This document shows positions 1 to 9,109 of a DNA stretch of 64,000 nucleotides, piece by piece. The DNA is from Candidatus Nanoarchaeia archaeon (lineage in GTDB: Archaea; Nanobdellota; Nanobdellia; Woesearchaeales; UBA583). The translations under genes were made by a program, and so were the position numbers. The stretch lies in assembly GCA_050292425.1 (NCBI GenBank), contig JBNKLP010000004.1:1239-65238 (forward strand), read 5' to 3'. The notes under the pieces are model-generated. The model made no database searches and was not told the origin of the DNA. It saw only the letters and a program-made list of their open reading frames with translations. Numbering within the stretch: position 1 is the stretch's first letter; every line of letters starts with the position of its first letter.

Positions 1-375
1 CCCGAGGAACATAAAGAGTTATTTGATAAAGTTTCAAAAACAGGGTTGCTTGTTTCAGAGCATTTGCCAAATTTTACAGGGTCTAGAGTTGCATTAGTTC
101 AAAGAAATAGAATTACTTCTGGACTTAGTAATGCAATAGTTATGGTAGCAAGTGGGGAAAGAGGAGGTTCAATGGTACAAATAAAAATGGCTTATGAACA
201 AAGAGTTCCAATTTTTTGTCCTAACTTGAAATTAAATCTTTTACCTAATGAAGGAATTCCACAAATTATGAATGATTGGAAAGGAATTCAAATAAATTCA
301 TTTAAAGATATATTTTTAAGAGAATTTAATTTAGAAAATAAAAATGATTCTAAAACAATTTTAGATTTTAGTTAA
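1..375 (+). CDS. dprA: DprA/Smf DNA-processing protein, C-terminal portion (5' end outside window)
   Basis: Frame 1 is open from base 1 (PEEHKELFDKVSKTGLLVSEHLPNF...). VALVQRNRITSGLSNAIVMVASGERGGSMVQIKMAYEQRVPIF fits the conserved DprA core pattern (RNRIIsGLs...vvEa..rSGsl.Ta..A...gr.vf). Confidence 0.7.
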   Translation, partial: PEEHKELFDKVSKTGLLVSEHLPNFTGSRVALVQRNRITSGLSNAIVMVASGERGGSMVQIKMAYEQRVPIFCPNLKLNLLPNEGIPQIMNDWKGIQINSFKDIFLREFNLENKNDSKTILDFS

Positions 376-380
376 AATAT

Positions 381-1451
381 TTATTTATTCATATCAAATT
401 GTTCGAAGATAGTATTTAGCTGCCGGTTTACTCTTATGAATGTTGCTCGTTTTGAAAATTCCTTTAGTTTTCTTGCACCTATGTATGTTCCTGTACTTCG
501 AAGAGCTCCAAATAAATCTTGAAGGAAGTTAGAGAGGCTTCCTTTGTGTGGTATTAGAGTATATCTTCCCTCAGATGCCCTGTGCTCGTCTTTTTTCCCA
601 TAAAATTCCTGCATTGCCTTGTTTGAAGAGGAGCCAAAGTATTCTTTGTATAATTTGTTTTCTTTTTCAACAGTATTTCCTCCACTTTCTTCAAAGCCTG
701 AAAATTGTGAACCAGACATTGCAAAATCTGCTCCAGCACAGAATGCCTTTCCAAAATCTGCAGGTGTATTTATTCCTCCATCTGCAATTATAAGACCGTA
801 TCCTTGGTTGTTTGCAAGACCATGCACAGCATCAGCACATTCTATCACTGCAGAGAGTTGAGGATAACCAACTCCAGTCATTTTTCTTGTTGTACATGCA
901 GAACCAGGACCAATTCCAACTTTTACAATATCAGCTCCATTTAGTATTATTTCTTCTGCAATCTCGTTTGAGACAACATTTCCTGCAATTATTATGTGGT
1001 CAGGACATAATTTTCTTACTTGTTTTATTACTTCAAGGAATCTTTCAAGGTATCCGTTTGGAACATCAAGACAAATGAATGAGAAATTGTTAATTAAATT
1101 ATGTTTTATCATTTCATTTAATTGGTTTAGGTCTTTTTCTCTTATTCCTAGGGTATAGGAGATATAATTCGGATTATTGAATTTTTTGAAAAATTGCTTG
1201 TAATCTTCAATGGAATAGTATTTATGGAATGTTGTTATTATTGATTTTTTTGAGAGGATTTGCGCCATTTCAAATGTTCCACAGCTTGCCATGTTAGCAG
1301 TCATTATGGGAATGCCTGTCCAAGTTTTTTTTGAGTGGTAGAATTTAAATGTTCGTTCAAGTATTACTTCTTTTCTGGAAGTTAGAGTGCTTCTTTTTGG
1401 TTTGAGTAGCACATCAGAATAATCTAGTTTTATATCTTCTTCAATTCTCAT
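381..1451 (-). CDS. guaC: GMP reductase (bacterial GuaC type)
   Basis: 356 aa. [26 protein letters not shown] and [30 protein letters not shown]...DGG are colinear with E. coli GuaC ([56 protein letters not shown]). Confidence 0.9.
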   Translation of the reverse strand: [356 protein letters not shown]

Positions 1452-1511
1452 TATTTTTCACCGGAATTTTTCGGTTTTTTGAGATTTATATATGTTTGGT
1501 AGGAGTGTGAT

Positions 1512-2120
1512 TTAATATGTTGAAGATGAAGAAGGAATTCTAAGTCCTTTTTTTGCAAGATATTTATTTATGTTTTTTTCAACAAGTACTGTTTTTGAAT
1601 AAAATTTATTTGATAATTGATTAGATAAAATAGAATTTATGGGAGTGTCTGATGTATTAGAGATTGAACATGTTCCATCCCAGAAATTGATAGTTGAATT
1701 GACATTTCCAAAAAGATGGTTAGAAGTGATAAATGTTGGTGTGACTATTTTTATTTGGGAGGCAATATTCTCATATTCGTTTTCTGATTCTGAATAAAAT
1801 AAAACTGTTTGTCCAATCTGCGGAATCTCTGAGAGGAATTGAATGTCGGTTTCCTGAGATTTTAGAAGTTCTTCAATTTTTTTTTGATATTTTAGTGAAG
1901 AGTTTTCGATTAATGTTTGATGTAATGATTTGAGATTATGATTACGTGTTATTTTTATTTTTTTATTTTTTGCGCTTGTGTGTTCTAACTTTAGAAACAA
2001 TGTTTTGTTATTTTCTTGATATGGCAGATGTATTTGCATATTTTGATCAACAAATAAATTACAACAAGTTTGCCTATTTATGGCATTTAGATTTGCTGTA
2101 ATTATCGGAATTATATTCAT
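1512..2120 (-). CDS. hypothetical protein (202 aa)
   Basis: Only long ORF in this interval. No recognisable motif. Confidence 0.45.
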   Translation of the reverse strand: MNIIPIITANLNAINRQTCCNLFVDQNMQIHLPYQENNKTLFLKLEHTSAKNKKIKITRNHNLKSLHQTLIENSSLKYQKKIEELLKSQETDIQFLSEIPQIGQTVLFYSESENEYENIASQIKIVTPTFITSNHLFGNVNSTINFWDGTCSISNTSDTPINSILSNQLSNKFYSKTVLVEKNINKYLAKKGLRIPSSSSTY

Positions 2121-2208
2121 ATTTTTGCAGATGATTTATTATTTATATGTTTTGCCTTTATTTAGTGAAACTAAATCAATAAAAAAGGTTTTTATGGGAT
2201 TTTAATCA

Positions 2209-5200
2209 GTGGTATTTAATATTGATTTTAGAAATGTTTTGATAGTAGTTTTGTTTTTGAGTTTTTTTAGTTGCAGTTTTGCTGCTTTTCCTGATTTGAG
2301 TTATACTCAGACTTCTTATCCAAGTGGTGGAATTGATGTTGAAGGAGAGATTTCTTCAGGAACTCAGATTAGCTTGTTTGTTAATGGAGAGCTTGCAGGA
2401 AGAAAGGATTTTTTTGCAGATAGTATTGAAATTAGTCTTATTGGAGGGATAACTAATGTTGAAGTTGGAGTTGGACAAAATATTGTGTTTAGGAATGATG
2501 ATTCAAGAATATATAATTTGATTATAACTGGTGATGGAGTGAGTGAGGCAAAGACATTAACTCCAGGTGATACGTATAATTTTAAGTATTTTCAAGAGGG
2601 AGAACTTCTTTTGGAAGATGATTCGACTGGAGAGATGAAGAAGATCACAGTTTCAAATGTAATGACTTCTTTTGTTTTTGAAGGGGTTGAAGATAATTTT
2701 GCTGATGGAGATAATGATGTTCATTTTTTGGTTGAACCACTTAATGGAAATGTTGATTCTGCTGAATTTGATTTTAGTGTGAATTACAGGAAGTATTCAA
2801 ATACTATTAATGTGAATGGTTTTGATAGTGTGATTTCAAATCATGAGATAGATCTTAGCGGATATGTTGTTGATGCAACTTCTCCTTTGTATTATGGAGT
2901 TAATATTAATGGACCTATAGGTAATTTAGGTGTTTTGAGTGAAGTTGTAAAGAATGGGAATAGGTTTAATATAACTGCTGATGATTTGAGAGAGGGAGTT
3001 AATACAGTTAGGTTTGTTAGTGTTGATTCTGTCAATACTGATGTTTTTAATGGAGAGAAAATAATTGAGATTGAAGTTGATACTGTTGCGCCACAGATTG
3101 AAGTTGTGTCAGTTTATTTTGATGTTAATGCAAATGATAGGAAACAAGTAATTGTTGAGGGAAGCGAAGTTTATGCAAATGATAATGGGATTGTGATGAA
3201 TATTTCTGCAGATGCTGTGTTTTTGGATTACACTTTGAATGGTGAGAACAGTACTTCTTCTGAGGAGTTTGTTAACGGGAGTTTGAAGCTTAGTCTTAAC
3301 GATTTGAATGTTGATGGTGAGAGGAATGATTTGACTTTGATTGCAACTGATAGGGCTGGGAATGTTGGAATGAAAGCAGTTCCTATTTATGTTGATGGTA
3401 GGGAACCAGATTTGGAACATGATACTTTAAGTCCAGATGCTTTTTTCAAAAATAAGGTTTCCAATTTTTTTTTTGAAGAAATTTCTGGAAAGACAAATAA
3501 GCCAAATGTTGATGTGACTGTTTTTACTTTGCCAGAGGATGCGAGTTATTATGATAGTGATGGAAATTCACATGATGCTACCTGTGAGGATTTTGCCAGT
3601 TCATTTGTGAGAAGTTTGGGACAGCTTGATAGAGAGAGAGTTGATGGACCAGAGATTAATCTTGAAGAGGTTCAGGCTAGTGTTTCTTTAGGTTTGGTTT
3701 ATCAAAAGGATAGTACTACTTCAGATAGTGAGGGTAATTTTGAGTTGCAGGTAGGATTACAAGAAAAAACATTTGATAGAGGAGATTATAATTCAGCTGA
3801 TGATGAGAATCAAAGAGTTGACAAGGTTGATAGTGAGAACCAATTATGTTTCATTTTAGAGGATAAGTTTGGAAATTATAATATTATTGATAGGTACAGG
3901 ATTACACTTGATAGTGGAAATACGATGTGGAGACATGGAGAAATTTCAACTATCCCGAATACAATTTATGCTTCAGAGATAGAGCAAGATATTGATAAGA
4001 AGAGTGGAAAAGGGAATGTCAGGTTTGGAGTTATTGTAAGATTCCAGTACTTGGGTCCTGGAGATGTCACTGAGCTTACAAATTTTCATATTGAAAAGAA
4101 TACAAGAGGAAGTGAGTATTCAAAATATGCAAGTATTGTAACAAGTGAGGTTAATTGGAGATTGGATAAGGATACTGGGGAGCTTATTGCTTATTTTCCA
4201 GTAGATGTTTCAAAGATGAACATAGATCCACTTGAATATCCTGATAGTTTGGATTTTGCGTTTGGCGCAAGGTTTACATATGATGTTAATGATAAGAACA
4301 TACCAATTGATACTGTGAATCCAGTTTATTTTCATGTTGGAGTTAATGTTGAGAGGCCTTTAGATAGTGCAAAGTGGCTTACTCCTGAGATGATTAATGA
4401 TGGTTTGAAGTTTTTGAATAAGAGCATTAAATTTACAGAGAAGGCTGCTGATTATATGGGGACTGCTTCAGTTGTTGGTGTTTTGGCATGTACTGGAGCT
4501 AAGTTCTGGTATGGTATGGAAGTGGCTTCCATAAAGGCTCAGAATTTGGATGCAGTTGAGGAAAAAAAGGAACTTGATGAAGCTAAAGAGACAATGTTTA
4601 TGATTTGTGATAGAGTAGCGTGTACAGCATCACCTCAGAAATGTGAGGGAGACTTTGGTAAATTTAATGAAGGTGATGAAGGAATATTGACAATTAACAG
4701 TGAGAAGACATCTTTTAATCAAGGAGATGATGAGCTGAGAAATGCTGAAATAGTTTCTGATACTGATGATAAGAGAATATTGGCTGATTTTAATAACCTT
4801 AATCTTGGTCAACCTTGTGATTTTAATGGAGATGGTGATTATAGTGATGGTGTTTTGATTTCTGGAGATGCAAGATTGTTTGAGGAATCCGGAGGAGCTT
4901 GGTATTTGCAAGATGAGCATTCTATTAAAAAAATAAGGAATGAATGTGCTCCTGCAAAAAGAGATTCAAACACATCTAATTGTGGTGATGATGGAAAGTG
5001 TTCAATTGAGGAGTTGAAAAACTCAAAAGTTAATCAGGTAGATTTGAAGGGAGTAACAGGAGCTTGTTTTACACCTGTAGCACCAGAATTTGATAATACA
5101 AGATGTAATTTTTTTGGTCTTGAAGATGAAGGAGCTGCAGGTTGGGATCCTGCAGATAATATCTTGGAGTCCATTAGATGTGGTTGTATTACAGATACTT

Positions 5201-7395
5201 ATTCTCATTTGAAAAATTATCTTAAAGTTCAAGAAGCGATTAGAGGATGTTTGGAGCAGGCAAAAATAGGAGAGACAAAGGGAAGTTATTGTGAGAGGCT
5301 AATGTCTCAGGCAGTTTGTGATATTGCAACAAATGTTCTATTTAAAACAGTTTCACAGGAGAGTTCAAGGTATGCATCTGATCAGTCAACAGATTATCAT
5401 CAGAATCCTTTATTGGCAGGTCTTAGTGGTGCGAAAGAAGGAGATCAGATATTGAATGATAGATATAAAGGAACATTTTATACTCAAGCAGGTATTTCTA
5501 CAGATCAAATTGTTAATAAAGTTTGTTTAGGAGCATTTACTGGAGATTGGTCAGCTTTGAGTGAGAATATTTTAGGAAGTGTTGACCAGAATGAGGTTGA
5601 ACCTGTGTTTGGTCCAATGTTCCCAGAATCAAGGTTGCAAGGATATAATCCTTTGACAGGAGATTTGTCAATAAGGTATTTGTTTACTTATGCAACTGTT
5701 TCAGGAGGTCAGGAGATTAATACAGAAGTTACTTTTATTTGTGATAAGTCTCAGACAGGAGGAGAGCATTGTCCTGACAATAGGATTACTTCAAAGGAAG
5801 GTGGAGCTTCATTTAGTATTTCAAGATTGTATACTGCAAAAGGTGCTTCAAAGCAGGATAGTATTGTTGCTCTTGATACAAAGGCTAAGTTTAGATATAA
5901 TGTGATTAAGTTAGAGCATACATATATGCTTAAGGGAGAGAAGATGACAAAGGTTCAGGAAGAGAACATTTTCCAGAAAGGAGAGTTTATGCTTGCAAAT
6001 TGTTATTTTACAGGTGGCGCTTTGGGTGCTGGTGCTGGGTATAGTTGTGATACTTTGTTTGATGATAATGCTTTGGCATCTTTTTACACTATTGATGAGG
6101 ATAAGACTTCTTTAGTTCCTAAGTCTGCATCTACTGCAACTTATTATCCTGGAAACTGGATTACTGCTGATTTGCATTTCAGGGCAGATACTGAAGATTT
6201 TGATAATCAGCAGACAGGTTTGAAGTTGTATTACAAGGTTTATTGTGGAAGGGGAGTTCCAGCATTTGGATACAAGAGTTTGGATATGAGTAATGATAAG
6301 AAGTACACTCATGCGGTTGTGCCTTTGCTTGAGGTGCCTGACCTTGGAGTTACTTCACAGTCCAATGTGTTTTATACATCGAGTGTTCAGTTATTGAGAG
6401 GAACAACTGTAAATAAAATTAGAGTTGAAAGTAGGAGTGGTAGACAGACAGTACTTCCAGAATCATTTAGTGTTCAAAGAATAATTGTTAACGGAGTTGA
6501 AAAACAAGGTTCTCAAATATTGTTTAATATAGATAAAGAAACAGGTTACTTAGTAGATTATACGAAATTGATTAATCCTACTTGGCTTTCTGATAGTGAA
6601 GATAATAGTATTGTGCTTCAAGTAGATAGAGATGTTGAAAATATCAATATTATCTTGGAAACAAGTGGAGGGAATTTTGTTTTTTCAGAACTTCAGAAGC
6701 AAGGAGGAGTGAATTCAACTGATAAATTAGAGAATGTTCAAGAAGGAACTTGTACTGCTGAAATGAGATTAGTGCCTAATAATATTGATTTGACTGCGTC
6801 AAATTTTGCTACTTATGATGTTGATGGTGAGAACATTGATAGCAATTTTGAAGTTAGCAATATTTTCAAAGAGACTTTCACTTTGAAGAACACTCCTACA
6901 ACTGATCATAAAACAACTTTGGAAATTGTAAGTCCAGTTGAGGGTCAGAGCTTTTGTGTTGATAGTGATGGGAAGGTTCAAGTGCCAATTGTAGTTAGTT
7001 TGCAGAGCAGTGATAAGGGAAGAGATTTAAGTAAATTTGAAGAAAAATTTGAATATGATTTATCTTTAGAGAATTACCAATGGAATAATGGAAGTAAGGG
7101 ATTAAATTCCAATGATGATGGATTATTCAGTAAAGAAGTAAGTTTTGACTTTTCTGATGCTAAAGACTTATTTTCAACAAGTCAGCCAGCTAGATTGATG
7201 ATAAAAGTAGATTTGGCAAGTATGGTTAAGGATAATGATAATTTGACCTTAAATAGCGTCAAATTAAGTTCAGAGAGTAAATATGAAACAAAATATCTTA
7301 GCATTAACTTAAACAATTGTAATGAAAATGTCTTTTACAAATATGGAGTATCTCCAATAAGCAGTGTTCCAGTGCTAATTTATGTGTTAAAATAG
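2209..7395 (+). CDS. giant secreted/surface protein, Cys-rich (1728 aa)
   Basis: Uninterrupted 5.2-kb ORF with a GTG start, followed by the signal-peptide-like VLIVVLFLSFFSCSFAAF. The N-terminal third has Ig-like/cupredoxin-like beta patterns (VDTVAPQIEVVSV...; GQNIVFRNDD...PGDTYNFKY). The central and C-terminal parts are rich in Cys and Asp/Asn and match no family I can name. Confidence 0.75.
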   Translation: MVFNIDFRNVLIVVLFLSFFSCSFAAFPDLSYTQTSYPSGGIDVEGEISSGTQISLFVNGELAGRKDFFADSIEISLIGGITNVEVGVGQNIVFRNDDSRIYNLIITGDGVSEAKTLTPGDTYNFKYFQEGELLLEDDSTGEMKKITVSNVMTSFVFEGVEDNFADGDNDVHFLVEPLNGNVDSAEFDFSVNYRKYSNTINVNGFDSVISNHEIDLSGYVVDATSPLYYGVNINGPIGNLGVLSEVVKNGNRFNITADDLREGVNTVRFVSVDSVNTDVFNGEKIIEIEVDTVAPQIEVVSVYFDVNANDRKQVIVEGSEVYANDNGIVMNISADAVFLDYTLNGENSTSSEEFVNGSLKLSLNDLNVDGERNDLTLIATDRAGNVGMKAVPIYVDGREPDLEHDTLSPDAFFKNKVSNFFFEEISGKTNKPNVDVTVFTLPEDASYYDSDGNSHDATCEDFASSFVRSLGQLDRERVDGPEINLEEVQASVSLGLVYQKDSTTSDSEGNFELQVGLQEKTFDRGDYNSADDENQRVDKVDSENQLCFILEDKFGNYNIIDRYRITLDSGNTMWRHGEISTIPNTIYASEIEQDIDKKSGKGNVRFGVIVRFQYLGPGDVTELTNFHIEKNTRGSEYSKYASIVTSEVNWRLDKDTGELIAYFPVDVSKMNIDPLEYPDSLDFAFGARFTYDVNDKNIPIDTVNPVYFHVGVNVERPLDSAKWLTPEMINDGLKFLNKSIKFTEKAADYMGTASVVGVLACTGAKFWYGMEVASIKAQNLDAVEEKKELDEAKETMFMICDRVACTASPQKCEGDFGKFNEGDEGILTINSEKTSFNQGDDELRNAEIVSDTDDKRILADFNNLNLGQPCDFNGDGDYSDGVLISGDARLFEESGGAWYLQDEHSIKKIRNECAPAKRDSNTSNCGDDGKCSIEELKNSKVNQVDLKGVTGACFTPVAPEFDNTRCNFFGLEDEGAAGWDPADNILESIRCGCITDTYSHLKNYLKVQEAIRGCLEQAKIGETKGSYCERLMSQAVCDIATNVLFKTVSQESSRYASDQSTDYHQNPLLAGLSGAKEGDQILNDRYKGTFYTQAGISTDQIVNKVCLGAFTGDWSALSENILGSVDQNEVEPVFGPMFPESRLQGYNPLTGDLSIRYLFTYATVSGGQEINTEVTFICDKSQTGGEHCPDNRITSKEGGASFSISRLYTAKGASKQDSIVALDTKAKFRYNVIKLEHTYMLKGEKMTKVQEENIFQKGEFMLANCYFTGGALGAGAGYSCDTLFDDNALASFYTIDEDKTSLVPKSASTATYYPGNWITADLHFRADTEDFDNQQTGLKLYYKVYCGRGVPAFGYKSLDMSNDKKYTHAVVPLLEVPDLGVTSQSNVFYTSSVQLLRGTTVNKIRVESRSGRQTVLPESFSVQRIIVNGVEKQGSQILFNIDKETGYLVDYTKLINPTWLSDSEDNSIVLQVDRDVENINIILETSGGNFVFSELQKQGGVNSTDKLENVQEGTCTAEMRLVPNNIDLTASNFATYDVDGENIDSNFEVSNIFKETFTLKNTPTTDHKTTLEIVSPVEGQSFCVDSDGKVQVPIVVSLQSSDKGRDLSKFEEKFEYDLSLENYQWNNGSKGLNSNDDGLFSKEVSFDFSDAKDLFSTSQPARLMIKVDLASMVKDNDNLTLNSVKLSSESKYETKYLSINLNNCNENVFYKYGVSPISSVPVLIYVLK

Positions 7396-7444
7396 AATTC
7401 GTCAGTTTTATAAATCCTGATATCATTATAGATACAGAGTAAAA

Positions 7445-8146
7445 ATGACAAATCTTTATAAAACTGGTAATTTGGAAGATAAATTAGAAGATTCAAATAA
7501 ATATAAAATGGGCATTTGGAGTAGAATCAAAGGACATTTTGAAGGCAAAGAAGAGCCAGAACAAATAGATATGGGAAGAAGAAAATTTATGGGTAATGCA
7601 GTTTTAGGTGGAGCTGCTTTGGCTGTAGGAGGAGCATCTCTTCTAAACTTAGGAGAGGTTCAAGCTGATACTTTGGCCGAACAAGGTTATCATCCTTTGT
7701 ATGATATTCTTTTAAACAATGTTAATAGATACACACCAAAACAAGACAGGAAAAATTTAAAACTTGCTATTATTGATTTGGCAAGAAATAATTCTCAAGC
7801 AGCAGCAGTTGCTTTAATTCCAGGTTATATTCCATCGGTTTCAAGAAATGTGATTATTAATGTTGATAAAGTGGAAAGTCCAGGAGGTGATAATCCTGTT
7901 TACTGGACTGCATTAAGATTAGCCTCTCATGGAGTTGGACATGATATTGAATATGGTGGATTATTTGGGAAAAATTATAACCCTCAAAGAGATCCTAAAT
8001 TGCCTTCTGACCGAATTATAATTGCCTTTGCAAAAGTTCTTTCTAGGGCGAATAATGAAGATGATGCTTATCAGTTGGTAACAAGGGTGCCAGAAGTTGC
8101 TCCTTTATTTGGGCTTAATTTTAAAGATTATGTTGCCCAAAAATAA
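7445..8146 (+). CDS. secreted protein with twin-arginine (Tat)-like signal
   Basis: MGRRKFMGNAVLGGAALAVGGASLLNLGEVQA is an RRxF motif plus h-region plus AxA-like site. The true start may be the ATG at 7571. The mature domain is unassigned. Confidence 0.6.
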   Translation: MTNLYKTGNLEDKLEDSNKYKMGIWSRIKGHFEGKEEPEQIDMGRRKFMGNAVLGGAALAVGGASLLNLGEVQADTLAEQGYHPLYDILLNNVNRYTPKQDRKNLKLAIIDLARNNSQAAAVALIPGYIPSVSRNVIINVDKVESPGGDNPVYWTALRLASHGVGHDIEYGGLFGKNYNPQRDPKLPSDRIIIAFAKVLSRANNEDDAYQLVTRVPEVAPLFGLNFKDYVAQK

Positions 8147-8181
8147 TTCTTTTTCTTTTCTGCTATTTTTGAGATAATTTT

Positions 8182-8239
8182 CCTATAACATTGATTTGAC
8201 TGCGTCAAATTTTGCCACTTACGATGTTGATGGTGAGAA
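8182..8239 (+). repeat. degenerate intergenic copy of giant-gene segment 6775-6833
   Basis: 8190-8239 equals 6784-6833 except for two T->C differences (8216, 8222). Homology continues upstream with a 1-nt indel, so the copy is out of frame and has no ORF context. Confidence 0.85.
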
Positions 8240-8312
8240 TTTATGGGAAGTGAGTCAGAAGTAAAAGACTAATTAGCATAATCTATATAAATTCAGGAAT
8301 ATATTAATAAAT

Positions 8313-8786
8313 ATGATTCAGATTAAAGAATTGACAAAATCTAAAGTTAAAGATATTGTTAATATATATTATGAGTATGATAAAAAAGATGCCAAATTAA
8401 TTCAAGATATTTATGATAAATTTTATTCAAAGCCTAAATCTAAAAGAAATAAAAATGTTAAAGATTATATCTTAATTAAAGATAAAGAGATAATTGGGTT
8501 TAGTGGATTTAATAAAGAAGAAACCGAAACAACAGATATTTATTGGCTTAATTGGACAGCAATAAAAAAAGGAAATGAAAAAAAAGGTTATGGAACATTA
8601 TTATTAAATTATATATTAAAAGAACTTAAAATTAGAAAATGTAGAAAATTATATGTTTCTACTTCTTCAGAAAATAATATTGCTATTGATTTTTATAAAG
8701 AAATAGGATTTAATGAAGAAGCAGTTTTAAAAGACTATTATAAAAAAAATAAGAATTCTTTAATTTTCAGCATTAACCTTTATTAA
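8313..8786 (+). CDS. GNAT family N-acetyltransferase
   Basis: 157 aa. Acetyl-CoA motif A-like EKKGYGTLLLNYILKEL, then the ...AIDFYKEIGF tail typical of GNAT. CTATATAAA box 22-30 nt upstream. Confidence 0.7.
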   Translation: MIQIKELTKSKVKDIVNIYYEYDKKDAKLIQDIYDKFYSKPKSKRNKNVKDYILIKDKEIIGFSGFNKEETETTDIYWLNWTAIKKGNEKKGYGTLLLNYILKELKIRKCRKLYVSTSSENNIAIDFYKEIGFNEEAVLKDYYKKNKNSLIFSINLY

Positions 8787-8964
8787 TAAAATTTGGATAA
8801 TGAGAATATCTTATTTCTTCAAAATAATCTAAATATTCAATTAAAGCAATTTCATTTGAATAGTTTTTGAAAATATTTTCTTGAAATTCTTTAAAATCTT
8901 TTAGTGAATTAAAAACAAATTCTCCTGTTATGTCATATTCTCCAAAACAATATGATATAAACAT
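8773..8964 (-). CDS. hypothetical small protein (63 aa), possibly the remnant of a longer gene
   Basis: ORF overlaps the GNAT 3' end. The frame stays open without an ATG or GTG up to 9090. Confidence 0.25.
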   Translation of the reverse strand: MFISYCFGEYDITGEFVFNSLKDFKEFQENIFKNYSNEIALIEYLDYFEEIRYSHYPNFINKG

Positions 8965-9079
8965 AGTATTTTTTAATGAAAGAAAATATTTTTCTAATTC
9001 ATTTAAATTTTTAGCAAAAATAGAAATATATAATTGAAATTTCCCAATTGTTTTTTGAATACAATTTATTTCAATTAGC

Positions 9080-9087
9080 TTTATAAA
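9080..9087 (+). promoter_or_regulatory. archaeal TATA box (TTTATAAA) for the 9110 gene
   Basis: TTTATAAA lies 23-30 nt upstream of the ATG, a spacing consistent with a leaderless transcript. Confidence 0.5.
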
Positions 9088-9109
9088 TTTCTAACTTTTA
9101 AGTTAAATT

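Noticed and set aside
6775-8239. Diversity-generating retroelement (template/variable repeat pair) as the explanation for the duplicated giant-gene fragment
   Set aside because: The two differences are T->C (synonymous), not adenine-specific substitutions. The repeat is only about 50-58 nt. No reverse transcriptase or accessory gene is present nearby.
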